Origin: an uncultured archaeon
GTDB taxonomy: Archaea > Asgardarchaeota > Thorarchaeia > Thorarchaeales > Thorarchaeaceae
Reading direction: 5' to 3'
Assembly: GCA_964458565.1 (NCBI GenBank)
Contig: CAYWJO010000036.1
Span: forward strand, 1-35,349
Length of the DNA: 35,349 bases
Shown: positions 10,339 to 19,829 of the stretch, one piece after another
How positions within the stretch are numbered: position 1 is the first letter of the stretch
Layout: every line of letters starts with the position of its first letter
The notes under the pieces: model-generated
Database searches by the model: none
What the model saw: only the letters and a program-made list of their open reading frames with translations
What the model was told of the DNA's origin: nothing
Made by a program: the position numbers and the translations under genes

Positions 10339-10998
10339 GTGTTGATTGATATGAAAGAGGATAGACTAGACCGTTTGATGATGATTATCGGATTCTTCAG
10401 TCCGATTATTGCATTGGTATCAATAACACTCTCAATAGCTATTTCTCCAAACTTTGACTGGATTACAAATGCATTGAGTGACCTCGGGCATTACACGGCA
10501 GTTGAGATTGGTGATAATCCACTCATAAGAGCAATCATCTTCAATTCCGGATTAATTGTAACAAGTATTCTTATGCTAATATTTGCGGTTTGGTTTATTC
10601 TCAAAATTGATGATATCCCCACCAAAATTGGAATGTTACCTTTTGTATCAGCAGCAATATTCCTGACAGCCATAGGAATATTTTCTGAGAATTTTGGTGA
10701 CATCCATTTTTATGTTTCAGTTGGATTTTTTGCATCTTTTCCGTTTGCGATGTGGTTTATTGGAATCGGTTGGATTCGATTTCCCAAACTCAGATGGTTC
10801 TCAGTCATATCGATTATTCTTCCCCTCATTTCGGTCTGTATTTGGTATGTTACATTCAATGGATTGATTTGGTGGACTGGAATGGCAATTCCTGAAATCA
10901 TTACAGCTGGAACTGCAATTGGCTGGATTTGGATTGTGAATTTGTTATATCAAAGAGGACAACTAAGTATGTTGAAAATTGATTCAACAATAAACTGA
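10339..10998 (+). CDS. DUF998-family membrane protein
   Basis: SPNFDWITNALSDLG, IIFNSGLI, GIFSE..IH, IPE; about 6 TM segments. Confidence 0.82.
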   Translation: MLIDMKEDRLDRLMMIIGFFSPIIALVSITLSIAISPNFDWITNALSDLGHYTAVEIGDNPLIRAIIFNSGLIVTSILMLIFAVWFILKIDDIPTKIGMLPFVSAAIFLTAIGIFSENFGDIHFYVSVGFFASFPFAMWFIGIGWIRFPKLRWFSVISIILPLISVCIWYVTFNGLIWWTGMAIPEIITAGTAIGWIWIVNLLYQRGQLSMLKIDSTIN

Positions 10999-11138
10999 TG
11001 TCCACCACTGCTTCAGCGATACATGAACCTGCAGTAATTGAATCAATTGCTCTCAATCGCGAGGAAAAGCAATGTGTATGGAACTGTATGATGATGTTCT
11101 ATAGGATTTACTCTTAAGCAGGATGTAGCACTCGTTGG

Positions 11139-11759
11139 GTGGGTAATATCATGAAAGTTAATGCAAAGAACATACTAGCATTTATTGGACCTATTGTTGG
11201 TCAATTATGTATTGTCATTGCATTAGCCATATCACCAAATTTTGATTGGGCTAGTAATGCTCTAAGTGATCTGGGAAGTTATTTCAGAGCGGACTTGGGC
11301 AGTATGCAATTAGCAAGTGCAATTATCTTCAATTCGGGTCTTATGGTGGCAGGGTTTTCCACAGCATTCTATTCATACAAATTTCTAGGGATACAGAATA
11401 AAGATGTGTCACGAATTCCAATGGCGATATTCACATTGACAGGCATTTTACTCTTTTCAGTCGGCGTGTTTTCGGAAGATATCTTGATACCACATGCCAT
11501 CGTTGCAATTGGTTTCTTTCTAACTATTCCTACTGCAATGATCACGATGAGTTTGAGTCTAATGAAATTTCATGAGCTGCGAGGGTTTGCAATGGTTACA
11601 CTCATCATTGCGATTCTCAGCTTCGCAACAATCTTCAATCCTTGGGGATCAATCGCAGTTCGTGAAATATCAGAGGCACTTTTAGCTATTGCATGGTTAT
11701 GGATTGTTAATTTATTGGAAATGAAAGGTAAATTCGCCCCGATAATCAATGCAAATTAG
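11139..11759 (+). CDS. DUF998-family membrane protein (tandem paralog)
   Basis: SPNFDWASNALSDLG, IIFNSGLM, GVFSE...H; same layout as the upstream gene. Confidence 0.82.
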   Translation: MGNIMKVNAKNILAFIGPIVGQLCIVIALAISPNFDWASNALSDLGSYFRADLGSMQLASAIIFNSGLMVAGFSTAFYSYKFLGIQNKDVSRIPMAIFTLTGILLFSVGVFSEDILIPHAIVAIGFFLTIPTAMITMSLSLMKFHELRGFAMVTLIIAILSFATIFNPWGSIAVREISEALLAIAWLWIVNLLEMKGKFAPIINAN

Positions 11760-11786
11760 AATTAACCATTAGAGGGATTCATTCTG

Positions 11787-12554
11787 ATGTATCACGATAT
11801 ATTGAATGAGTTCTATCCACTAGGGGATGCCACAGACAGCTTTCTGTTTACTATTCTTGTTGGAGGTATCTTCAGTATCATCGGATTGGTAATTGGATTT
11901 CTAGTTCGACGTGCTGATGGGAGTGATGATACAAAATGGATTGAGAATCGTCCCATTCTCTTGCCATCTATCATTTTCCTATTTACTATCTTCATAGTTA
12001 TGATTATCGTACCACTACCAATTAGTTCGTATGGGGGACCCAATGTCTATGAAACGAGGATTTGGGAAGATCGTAGTGCTATATTCGAGGTGAGAGATGA
12101 AACATATTACCCCATAGTTGAGTGCACTGCAAGCACAACTCTAAGTGAAAATCAGGCAAGTATACTCTATTTGGATTTCGTTTTAGAAGGGGAAACAAAA
12201 TATTCACTATCAATGGAGTTTCAATATAGTAGCGAAGACGATAGGATATCACAGTATGTTATTCTCTCGGATATTACACCAGCAACCTACATACTTGAGA
12301 TTCATTCGGATTTTTATGAAGACGGAATTTTGCAACCTGACAGAGCAACTCAATATCGCCTAACTTTGTCGCAGAGGCTGTTAGATGGTCATATTGAAGA
12401 GTTAGCATTGTACGACACTTTCAAGTTTATCCTTATCGTCCTAAGCTTCGTTGTGCTGCTAGGTGGGATTTGTTTGGATCTTGAGGAGATGAAAAATTAC
12501 AGACCGGGAGTACGTCATCGAAGAGGTTCTATCTACAATCCAAGATATCAGTGA
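11787..12554 (+). CDS. Hypothetical membrane protein (2 N-terminal TM, beta-rich loop, C-terminal TM)
   Basis: Hydropathy pattern; basic C-terminal tail; GAGGG upstream of ATG. Confidence 0.72.
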   Translation: MYHDILNEFYPLGDATDSFLFTILVGGIFSIIGLVIGFLVRRADGSDDTKWIENRPILLPSIIFLFTIFIVMIIVPLPISSYGGPNVYETRIWEDRSAIFEVRDETYYPIVECTASTTLSENQASILYLDFVLEGETKYSLSMEFQYSSEDDRISQYVILSDITPATYILEIHSDFYEDGILQPDRATQYRLTLSQRLLDGHIEELALYDTFKFILIVLSFVVLLGGICLDLEEMKNYRPGVRHRRGSIYNPRYQ

Positions 12555-12734
12555 TAATCTAGGGCTGAAATTTAGCTCATAGGGAAATTTATTCTTAGAT
12601 ATCAGATAATGGAACAAGTTGTAGTAAATCATTATTGGGAAAAGTAATGACATTCGATGTGTAACTGTATGAAAGTTCTTTAGTCAGAAATACCAAACGG
12701 GAATCAATTCAAGTGAGAGGTAGAATCGCATATC

Positions 12735-14246
12735 ATGTCAGATACTGAGGAAGAGCTAACTGCAGAGGAGAGTGAGGTAGCACTCCAAAATATGGTGAAG
12801 CAGGGAGCTTTTGCTCAGCTAAAGAATTCTTTAACAGAGAGCGTGTTTCTTGTTGGATTTGCAATTGCGCTTCAAGCACCAAACGTTGTAATCGGTATTC
12901 TAGCTGCGATTCCGTTTATCACCCAGCTTCTTCAAATCCCTGCAGTTATTCTAATATCAAAATTCAAGAGCAGACGCAAACTCAACATCCTCACCCAACT
13001 AGGGAATAGACTTGGCGTGTTATTGATGGCGTTGATTCCCTTCCTAGCCTTACAGGAAATAGGAATCCTTGTCTTGATTGGAGCGATTGCGATTCAAGCT
13101 CTATTTACCTCATTAGGATCCCCTAGCTGGAATTCATGGCTGAGGGATATTGTTCCACAGGAACAGCTTGGTGATTTCTTCGCCACCAGAATGGCTGTTA
13201 GCGGCATAATGGCAATTATGGCATCGATACTTGGAGGTCTCTTTATTGGAGAGTGGATTAGGCTCAATCCTGGTGAAGAAGCATGGGGATATTCGATCAT
13301 ATTCCTTGCTGCATTCATCGCAGGCTTGCTTGCAATCTATTATACTAGAATCACACCAGAACCACCAATACTGTCGAGTCATATTCAATTGAAATTCAAA
13401 GAACTAGTAGCAGAACCATTCAAAAATCATAATTTTAGAAGCTTGATGTACTTTTCAGGGGTTTGGAGTTTAAGTACAGCAATTGTTGGGCCATTTCTTA
13501 CCGTGTATATACTCTCAAGACTGGGATTTGAGTTTCAGATCGCAGCAATACTCTCAGCGCTCACTCAGACTGTGAGTGTTCTCTTCTTCAGATTTTGGGG
13601 TAGATTATCAGATAGATATAGCAACAAATCAATTCTTCAGGTTTCTGCACCACTGTTCATCATAGCAATTTTCCTTTGGACTTTCACATCTATCGCAGAG
13701 TACGCTCAACTTACTCTTCCCCTCCTTATTATAATCCACATGCTAATGGGCTTCTCCTCTGCAGGAGTAAACCTTGGTACAAATAATGTAGGTCTGAAAT
13801 TGGCACCGAGAAGAGAGGCATCAATCTATCTAGCTGCGAGAGGAAGCATCATTGCCATAACAAGCGCTATAGCATCGATAATTGGAGGTTTACTCGCGGA
13901 TCTTTTCGCACTGCACGAAATCATTTTCTCTATCACTTGGAATTATCCAGGCGGAGTACAGATCATTGATACATATAGTATCACGGGACTTGATTTTATA
14001 TTCCTAATCTCAGTTATAATCGGAATCTTTGCATTGCACCGACTAGCCCTTGTGAAGGAGGAAGGGGAAGTAGACGAGCATGTTATCATAAACGCGATTG
14101 TTGCTGAAACTAGACGAAATGTCAAGACGCTATCAACCATCGATGGACTCAAACATACTTTTCAAGTTCCACTTACAAAAACTCGAGAGAAAATACCTAG
14201 GAAGAGAAAGAAGCCTAAATTGGAATTATCTGATGATACTGATTAA
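12735..14246 (+). CDS. Major facilitator superfamily transporter
   Basis: About 12 hydrophobic segments, WGRLSDRYSNK MFS loop motif, WNSWLRDIVP, EPFKNHNFR. Confidence 0.9.
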   Translation: MSDTEEELTAEESEVALQNMVKQGAFAQLKNSLTESVFLVGFAIALQAPNVVIGILAAIPFITQLLQIPAVILISKFKSRRKLNILTQLGNRLGVLLMALIPFLALQEIGILVLIGAIAIQALFTSLGSPSWNSWLRDIVPQEQLGDFFATRMAVSGIMAIMASILGGLFIGEWIRLNPGEEAWGYSIIFLAAFIAGLLAIYYTRITPEPPILSSHIQLKFKELVAEPFKNHNFRSLMYFSGVWSLSTAIVGPFLTVYILSRLGFEFQIAAILSALTQTVSVLFFRFWGRLSDRYSNKSILQVSAPLFIIAIFLWTFTSIAEYAQLTLPLLIIIHMLMGFSSAGVNLGTNNVGLKLAPRREASIYLAARGSIIAITSAIASIIGGLLADLFALHEIIFSITWNYPGGVQIIDTYSITGLDFIFLISVIIGIFALHRLALVKEEGEVDEHVIINAIVAETRRNVKTLSTIDGLKHTFQVPLTKTREKIPRKRKKPKLELSDDTD

Positions 14247-14340
14247 TGAGTTAGAAATCCGCAATCACTTTTAGGTTTCCTTTAGGTTCTTTTAGCGATG
14301 GATACAAAAGGCAGCAATTCTATTAGCGGATGGGAGAGAT

Positions 14341-14766
14341 ATGCGAAATCGAACACCATTCCTATTATGTCTAATCGGCGGAATCCTGCTAATCGCTGTG
14401 GATTACATTGACGGTATATCTACGATTGTTTTGATATACATGTTCGTTCATGCCCTTGGTTTTCTTGCTCCCCTCTATCTCATTATCGATATTGTATTAT
14501 TAATCCTATTTTTAATTGCATGGGCAGGTGGTATTGCAATTATCCTTGGGGGATATCTACTTACTACGACCCATGTAAGAACAGGTAAATTTCTCATTAC
14601 TATAGCATCAGGATTTGGGCTAATTAGCCTAATAATAATGATATACCATGCTTACATTGTTGGGGGACTGTTGGGACTTCTTGTATTAGGATGGGTGTTT
14701 CTTAGATTTGCTAAATTTCTGGGACTGTTGTTAACGATTATCGCCAGAAACAAAGCGAAATATTGA
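14341..14766 (+). CDS. Hypothetical 4-TM membrane protein
   Basis: Four hydrophobic Gly-rich helices; GGGAG upstream of ATG. Confidence 0.75.
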   Translation: MRNRTPFLLCLIGGILLIAVDYIDGISTIVLIYMFVHALGFLAPLYLIIDIVLLILFLIAWAGGIAIILGGYLLTTTHVRTGKFLITIASGFGLISLIIMIYHAYIVGGLLGLLVLGWVFLRFAKFLGLLLTIIARNKAKY

Positions 14767-14822
14767 ATCTAATGAATAGAGAGCGATGGATTGCGATTGT
14801 TATTCATCAAAATCAAAGAAGG

Positions 14823-14846
14823 AAAGCCCTGCATAGAGCAGGGTTT
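14823..14846 (-). terminator. Hairpin CCCTGC-N5-GCAGGG, copy 1 (terminator-like)
   Basis: Stem 14827-32/14838-43, followed on the minus strand by a T-rich tract; 13 nt after the stop of the remnant at 14857. Confidence 0.5.
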
Positions 14847-14856
14847 GAATTTTGAA

Positions 14857-14913
14857 TTACAAAAGCTCATCGAGTAGTTCAAGAAGCTCCACAACTTGAA
14901 GTTTTGAGCCCAC
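14857..14913 (-). pseudogene. Orphan 3'-end remnant of the CCG Fe-S oxidoreductase gene
   Basis: Translates VGSKLQVVELLELLDELL* versus VGSKLEIVELLELLDQLL* at 15084..15140; no upstream ATG before the in-frame stop near 14977. Confidence 0.85.
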
Positions 14914-15049
14914 GTCAAATTTAATTAGATTGATGATGACTCTAAATCTGGTTAGGTTGCCTTGTTTAATCGATCCTCAGCAAAACCGAATAGGCCAAAA
15001 ACCCGATAAATCAGCAAGAGAACAATGTCAGATGTATAAAGAAATATGG

Positions 15050-15073
15050 GAGCCCTGCAGAGCGCAGGGACTC
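15050..15073 (-). terminator. Hairpin CCCTGC-N5-GCAGGG, copy 2 (terminator-like)
   Basis: Stem 15053-58/15064-69 extended by GAG/CTC, 14 nt after the stop of 15084..16391, followed by a T-rich tract on the minus strand. Confidence 0.55.
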
Positions 15074-15083
15074 ACGAAATTAC

Positions 15084-16391
15084 TTAAAGGAGCTGATCAA
15101 GGAGTTCGAGAAGTTCGACAATCTCTAATTTGGAACCTACTGCTGACAGATCCTTACCAGTTTCCTCTTCTTCCTTCTTCAAGGCTTTTACCGCATCATT
15201 GAAGTTGGTAATGCAGAACGGACAGCTAGTCAACAGGACCTCAGCACCGGTTGCCGCAGCTTCTTTCACTCGTTCCAATGCTGTATCCATGGCTACGTCA
15301 GCGAACTGAGTCTTCACACCTCCACCCGCTCCGCAGCAGAAGCTATTCCCTTTTATCCTATACATCTCGATAAGCTCAAGACCAGGAATGGCTTTCAGGA
15401 CCTCGCGGGGTCGTTGATACCATTCTTCCTTCGCTTTTGCCGCATGCCTACTATCAAGAAGCCAGTTCTTAGATTTCTCAAGAATTTCCTTCTCTATCGC
15501 AAGGCCAATGTGCCTAATCGTGTGACATGGATCGTGCCATGTGACCTTTTTATTATAGGGTTTTTCAATCTTGAGCTTACCCGCCTGAATGAGATCGAAG
15601 ACGATGTCAAGGGTGTGTGCGACTTTAAATGGAAGAGGTTCTCCGCTCTGTTTAGGATAGTCCACGCGAAATGTGCGATAACAACCAGCACATGAGAATA
15701 AGAGTAGGTCGAAGTCCTTGAAGAGATCTAGATTCTCCTTCATGACGGTCTTGAATATGTCCTTCTGACCAGTTCTCAGAATTGGTGAACCACAGCACAC
15801 CTCATCAGTCAGAACTGTGAAGTCGATATCTAGCTTATCCAAGATACTGGCTGTGTGTTTGGCGATATGTTGTTGTCGATATGCTCCAGTGCAACCAACA
15901 TAGTAAGCGACTTTTGCGTCTTTGTTATCAGCTATACCCTCAAACCAAGCCGTACGCTCACTCCTTGGATCACTGTAAGGATTCCTCATATCCTCTTCAA
16001 GAACCCTGTCGCCAATGACCTTGTGCCTCTTCAGAGGTTCCACCCCCGAATCAATGATTGCAGCTCTCAGTTCCTCAATTATATCAACAGTGTCGATATA
16101 GTTCTTGCACTGCTCAGCACATAGCCCACATGTCGTGCACGCCTCAACTACTTCAAGCATCTCTTGGCTGGGCTCAAGATCACCCTCCAGAAACGCTCGG
16201 GCAATCCACATCCTTCCGCTGTTGAAATAGCCTTCCCAGCCATAGAAATTACCTCCAGGACAGGACAGCATCATGCCAGTGTACGTTTCGTCATTGCCCT
16301 CTCGGTCTGGTTCGTTGGAGTAGGCGTATTGACACGCGCGACAGTGGATACATCGCGCATTGATTTTGCGAAGCTCCTCTAGACTAGTCAT
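15084..16391 (-). CDS. Fe-S oxidoreductase of the GlpC/HdrD/GlcF type with two CCG domains
   Basis: CIHCRAC...CP and CTTCGLCAEQC ferredoxin motifs; YYVGC, EVCCGSP, SCAGC, WHDPC, FCCGAGGG, SCPFC. Confidence 0.92.
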   Translation of the reverse strand: MTSLEELRKINARCIHCRACQYAYSNEPDREGNDETYTGMMLSCPGGNFYGWEGYFNSGRMWIARAFLEGDLEPSQEMLEVVEACTTCGLCAEQCKNYIDTVDIIEELRAAIIDSGVEPLKRHKVIGDRVLEEDMRNPYSDPRSERTAWFEGIADNKDAKVAYYVGCTGAYRQQHIAKHTASILDKLDIDFTVLTDEVCCGSPILRTGQKDIFKTVMKENLDLFKDFDLLLFSCAGCYRTFRVDYPKQSGEPLPFKVAHTLDIVFDLIQAGKLKIEKPYNKKVTWHDPCHTIRHIGLAIEKEILEKSKNWLLDSRHAAKAKEEWYQRPREVLKAIPGLELIEMYRIKGNSFCCGAGGGVKTQFADVAMDTALERVKEAAATGAEVLLTSCPFCITNFNDAVKALKKEEEETGKDLSAVGSKLEIVELLELLDQLL

Positions 16392-16455
16392 TACAATCTC
16401 TCCTATGTTCTAAAATCAGGTTTTTAGGATTCTGTTGTATGCAGTTCCGTACCAT

Positions 16456-18000
16456 TTAATTCTCCTCCAATGGATTTGGTAAATCCGTCACAGATGCCCA
16501 CGGAATAGCTAATCGACCAGGATGCAATATCAGATTGGGATCCAGAACTTTCCTGAACTTGACTAGCATTTTGTAGTACTCTCTTGACTTTCTGAATGTC
16601 AATGGAGCATGCACAAACGGATCTGGTCTGTAATTTATCCACCCTTGCTTCAGGAAACTTTTGGTCGTTTCCATGTTGAATTCTCGGATTCTGTCAAAGA
16701 CACCCTTCTCTGTGCTATCAAAGCAGAGAATTGGCATCACGATAGCCTGACGTGCGTGGTCAATAGATGCAACCCACATTGTGGGAGGGAAGCCGTGATT
16801 CTCCATTGCAGCACAGTACTCCTCCATCATCCTACTACTCTCAAGCCATGGACAGTACCAAGTGATGAACAGGAAACCAGCCTGATATAGACCATATGGC
16901 ACTGCAATCAAGTTTGGCTTCTTCAGCCTTGATGCGATTTGTTTAGGGTGCAGATCTTGCTGTGGACATTTTGTGCTTTTCTTCACTTCGTAATCCTTGT
17001 ACACTTCGTCAATCTTTTTGAGTGTGAAGTCGAGTTCCTCTTGAGACCACGCCCATACCTCTGAATTCATCCAGTACTCATCTATTCCGATTTTCTTGTA
17101 GAACTCATAGTCCAATGGGACATTGGTCTTGGGCCAGCGGGTCATTACAAGTGGCCAGTTGCCGCCTTGAACCATAACTGTGTTATCGGAAATGCCCATC
17201 TCGTACTTTCCGACCTCCCATGCTGGTTCGATAATATGTTCCCAGCTATCACCACCATAAGCTACGATTGTTTTGAAGTGCGGATGTGGTACAATCTTCA
17301 CTGCAGCTTTGGTTATAATCCCCATTGAACCCTGAGAACCAAGGAAGAGACCATCAGGATTCGGTCCGACGCCCCATCTGTAAAACGCTTTAGCGTCATC
17401 AAGTGCCCAAGATCCAGTCCGGAACATCTCACCACTTGGTAGAACCACTTCAAGTCCCATAATCATGTCAGCTTGGGGTCCGTATCTTCCAGTAACTAGA
17501 GAGAACCCTCGCTCAATCGCATCACCTAAGATGGTAGCCCCTGGGGGTGCTCCATCAGGGATAGGTGGAGCCCAATCAGGCCATTTCTTATTGAAGATAC
17601 GCCAAGCGTCACCACACCTTACACCGGGCTCCACAACCATGACACGATTCTCTATGTCAACAGTCATCTTATCAAGTCTAGTCATGTCCATGAGAATGCC
17701 GCCAGGTTCAATTGCAGGTAGGGCAAAGCCTCCACTTAGTCCACCTGCTGCAGGGGTCACAGGAATCAGATTCTCATTTGCTACCACGAGAATCTTAGAA
17801 ACTTCTTCTGCATTTGCAGGTCTGATAATGAGCTCAGGCAGAACTGCCTCAAGCCCCATGATACCTTTAGCCATATAGCTATGACGAAGGGGTTCGCTCG
17901 TTGTGACGTTTTTTTCACCACAAATCGATTCGAGCTTCTTGACCACTTCATCAGTTACTTTGTTGTAAGAATTGCTCACTAAGTAATCCTCCATTTTCAA
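16456..18000 (-). CDS. FAD-binding oxidoreductase of the VAO/PCMH superfamily
   Basis: RPANAEEV, VEPGV, GLEVVLPSGE, GPNPDGLFLGSQGSMGIITK, LDPNLILHPG. Confidence 0.9.
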   Translation of the reverse strand: MKMEDYLVSNSYNKVTDEVVKKLESICGEKNVTTSEPLRHSYMAKGIMGLEAVLPELIIRPANAEEVSKILVVANENLIPVTPAAGGLSGGFALPAIEPGGILMDMTRLDKMTVDIENRVMVVEPGVRCGDAWRIFNKKWPDWAPPIPDGAPPGATILGDAIERGFSLVTGRYGPQADMIMGLEVVLPSGEMFRTGSWALDDAKAFYRWGVGPNPDGLFLGSQGSMGIITKAAVKIVPHPHFKTIVAYGGDSWEHIIEPAWEVGKYEMGISDNTVMVQGGNWPLVMTRWPKTNVPLDYEFYKKIGIDEYWMNSEVWAWSQEELDFTLKKIDEVYKDYEVKKSTKCPQQDLHPKQIASRLKKPNLIAVPYGLYQAGFLFITWYCPWLESSRMMEEYCAAMENHGFPPTMWVASIDHARQAIVMPILCFDSTEKGVFDRIREFNMETTKSFLKQGWINYRPDPFVHAPLTFRKSREYYKMLVKFRKVLDPNLILHPGRLAIPWASVTDLPNPLEEN

Positions 18001-18082
18001 CCATAGTCAGCCGGTGTAGCTGTATGGTAATTCATCTATAGCAACACAGCGGCAATAATACCGGACAAATATAGGTATCGAC

Positions 18083-18448
18083 TTGGGAGTTTTTTATAAG
18101 AAAGGATTACAATGCAAAATGTGGTGGTGCACAATGTTCACATTTCCACCTACAGTCTATCTTCCACCAATATCTATTCTGCTTGCAGTCGCCTACTACA
18201 TCATTAGGACAAAGAGCAACTCCTCAAATCGCCTAGGAAAATGCGCTGCAGTATATGGTATTACATTAGACATATGGTTCCTTTTTTCTTTGTACATGTC
18301 TTTACCCATATTCAGAGATGATCCATGGATGGGACGCTTCGCATGGATTAGTGATTTAGGATCTTGGATATCAAGGACATACCCTCTTGTTATCCTCATC
18401 GTCATCATGACATTTGACATAGTCAGAATTCAATTGAAAAAGAGATAA
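18083..18448 (+). CDS. Hypothetical 3-TM membrane protein (start uncertain, possibly ATG 18134)
   Basis: Three hydrophobic segments and a basic tail; co-directional with the LRR gene. Confidence 0.55.
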   Translation: MGVFYKKGLQCKMWWCTMFTFPPTVYLPPISILLAVAYYIIRTKSNSSNRLGKCAAVYGITLDIWFLFSLYMSLPIFRDDPWMGRFAWISDLGSWISRTYPLVILIVIMTFDIVRIQLKKR

Positions 18449-18475
18449 GAGTTCATGAAAGCATAGACATAGGAG

Positions 18476-19396
18476 TTGACCAGAATGGAAATCAACAAGG
18501 AATCATCATTACTCATGATTTTTCTAATCACTATAAGCAGCGCAATTCTGACATGGACTATTGGTAGTAGTATTGGAATATCAAATCCAGTTGAATCTGC
18601 AATTATGATGTATGGATTTTCATTTACAATCTCAGGTCTGGGTTGGTTTCTTTATGTCATGAGGGATACAACGAAAGGGCGATTTTACAATAACCCGAAT
18701 TATCAAGAAAACGAAATAGAATTTAATGTCAGGATTGGACGCGGACCATGGGAAAAACGTTATGCTGAGATTGAAGGAAAGAAACTCAAAATTATCAATC
18801 GAAATCTGACTAGTATCGATCTTAGTCCATTGCGACTTCATCCAGAGATTGTTCTCATAGATCTCAGTCTGAATAGACTTTCACAAATTAATCTTGAGCC
18901 TCTTGAAGCTTGCAGAAATCTTAGTATTCTAAACCTGACTTCAAACGAGTTTGTTCAGATTGACTTAGATCCTCTTTCAAATTGCTTAAGTCTCAAGTAT
19001 TTAGATCTTTCAAATAATAAACTCACAGAGATTAATCTGGAGCCTCTAGCTGCTTGCTCCAATTTAGATACACTCGACCTAGGGGGCAACTATTTTGGCT
19101 CTATAGACCTGAAACCTCTGCGGTCTTGTACCCAGATAGAATGCCTTACTATCGACGGCACGAATATACAATCAATTAACCTCAAACCATTGGAGTCATG
19201 TAAGAGTCTTGAACATCTAATTTTGAATGATAGTAGGATCAAAAGGTTGGATATCACGCCATTGTTCAAGTGCAGTAAGTTAGACCTACTAGATATTGAT
19301 TTTATAGAATTGACTGCATCCTCTTCTATCAAGAATCAAGATTGGCCAAAAGGGATTGCACAATACAGAGAACGAATTACACTATTGAAATCTTGA
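18476..19396 (+). CDS. Membrane-anchored leucine-rich repeat protein
   Basis: Two N-terminal TM helices, then about eight 22-aa repeats of consensus I(D/N)LxPLxxCxxLxxLxLxxN; AGGAG upstream. Confidence 0.9.
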   Translation: MTRMEINKESSLLMIFLITISSAILTWTIGSSIGISNPVESAIMMYGFSFTISGLGWFLYVMRDTTKGRFYNNPNYQENEIEFNVRIGRGPWEKRYAEIEGKKLKIINRNLTSIDLSPLRLHPEIVLIDLSLNRLSQINLEPLEACRNLSILNLTSNEFVQIDLDPLSNCLSLKYLDLSNNKLTEINLEPLAACSNLDTLDLGGNYFGSIDLKPLRSCTQIECLTIDGTNIQSINLKPLESCKSLEHLILNDSRIKRLDITPLFKCSKLDLLDIDFIELTASSSIKNQDWPKGIAQYRERITLLKS

Positions 19397-19829
19397 AGAA
19401 CCTCTCTTACACATTGAAGACACCTAATAGGAATCGCCTTCAAAGAAAGCAATTCTAGTATCAATCGAAGTGTGTAGATGTCAGATTTAATTACACCAAC
19501 ATAGACATACATCCGATAGGGATAGAGTTGATTGATTAAAATCAATAATAGAAATCAACGCACTTTTTGCACTTATGGTCTGTCTATTTTAACCAAAAAA
19601 CTCTTGCATTCTTAATGAGGAGATATTATGCGAGGTGTACGAGTCATCCTATTTTTCATTGAAAAGAAATAGTGTTTCATAATAGATAGAAGTGAAGAAA
19701 TTGGAAGGGCTAAGGTAAAGAAAGCTGTGATTTCAAAAGAGATATTACAAGATGCGTGCTTTTATTTTGCATAGTCGAAAAGAATCTCCTAGGGTCATGG
19801 ATTCAATATAGAAAACATCCAACACAACT

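Noticed and set aside
11085-11135. C/D-box sRNA suggested by an ATGATGA motif (a similar motif occurs near 14933)
   Set aside because: No correctly placed CTGA D box follows.
14920-15075. SECIS element or selenocysteine recoding near the Fe-S gene
   Set aside because: No in-frame TGA interrupts the neighbouring redox genes, and the hairpin lacks a recognisable SECIS core.
14823-15140. Diversity-generating retroelement TR/VR pair with hairpin
   Set aside because: Mismatches are mostly synonymous third-position changes of all base types rather than adenine-specific, and no reverse transcriptase is in the window.
14857-15140. att-site duplication of an integrated element
   Set aside because: The copies are only about 70% identical, only about 170 nt lie between them, and no integrase is present.
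19628-19672. 14-codon ORF MRGVRVILFFIEKK after GAGGAG
   Set aside because: Too short, with no motif; cannot be distinguished from chance without conservation data.
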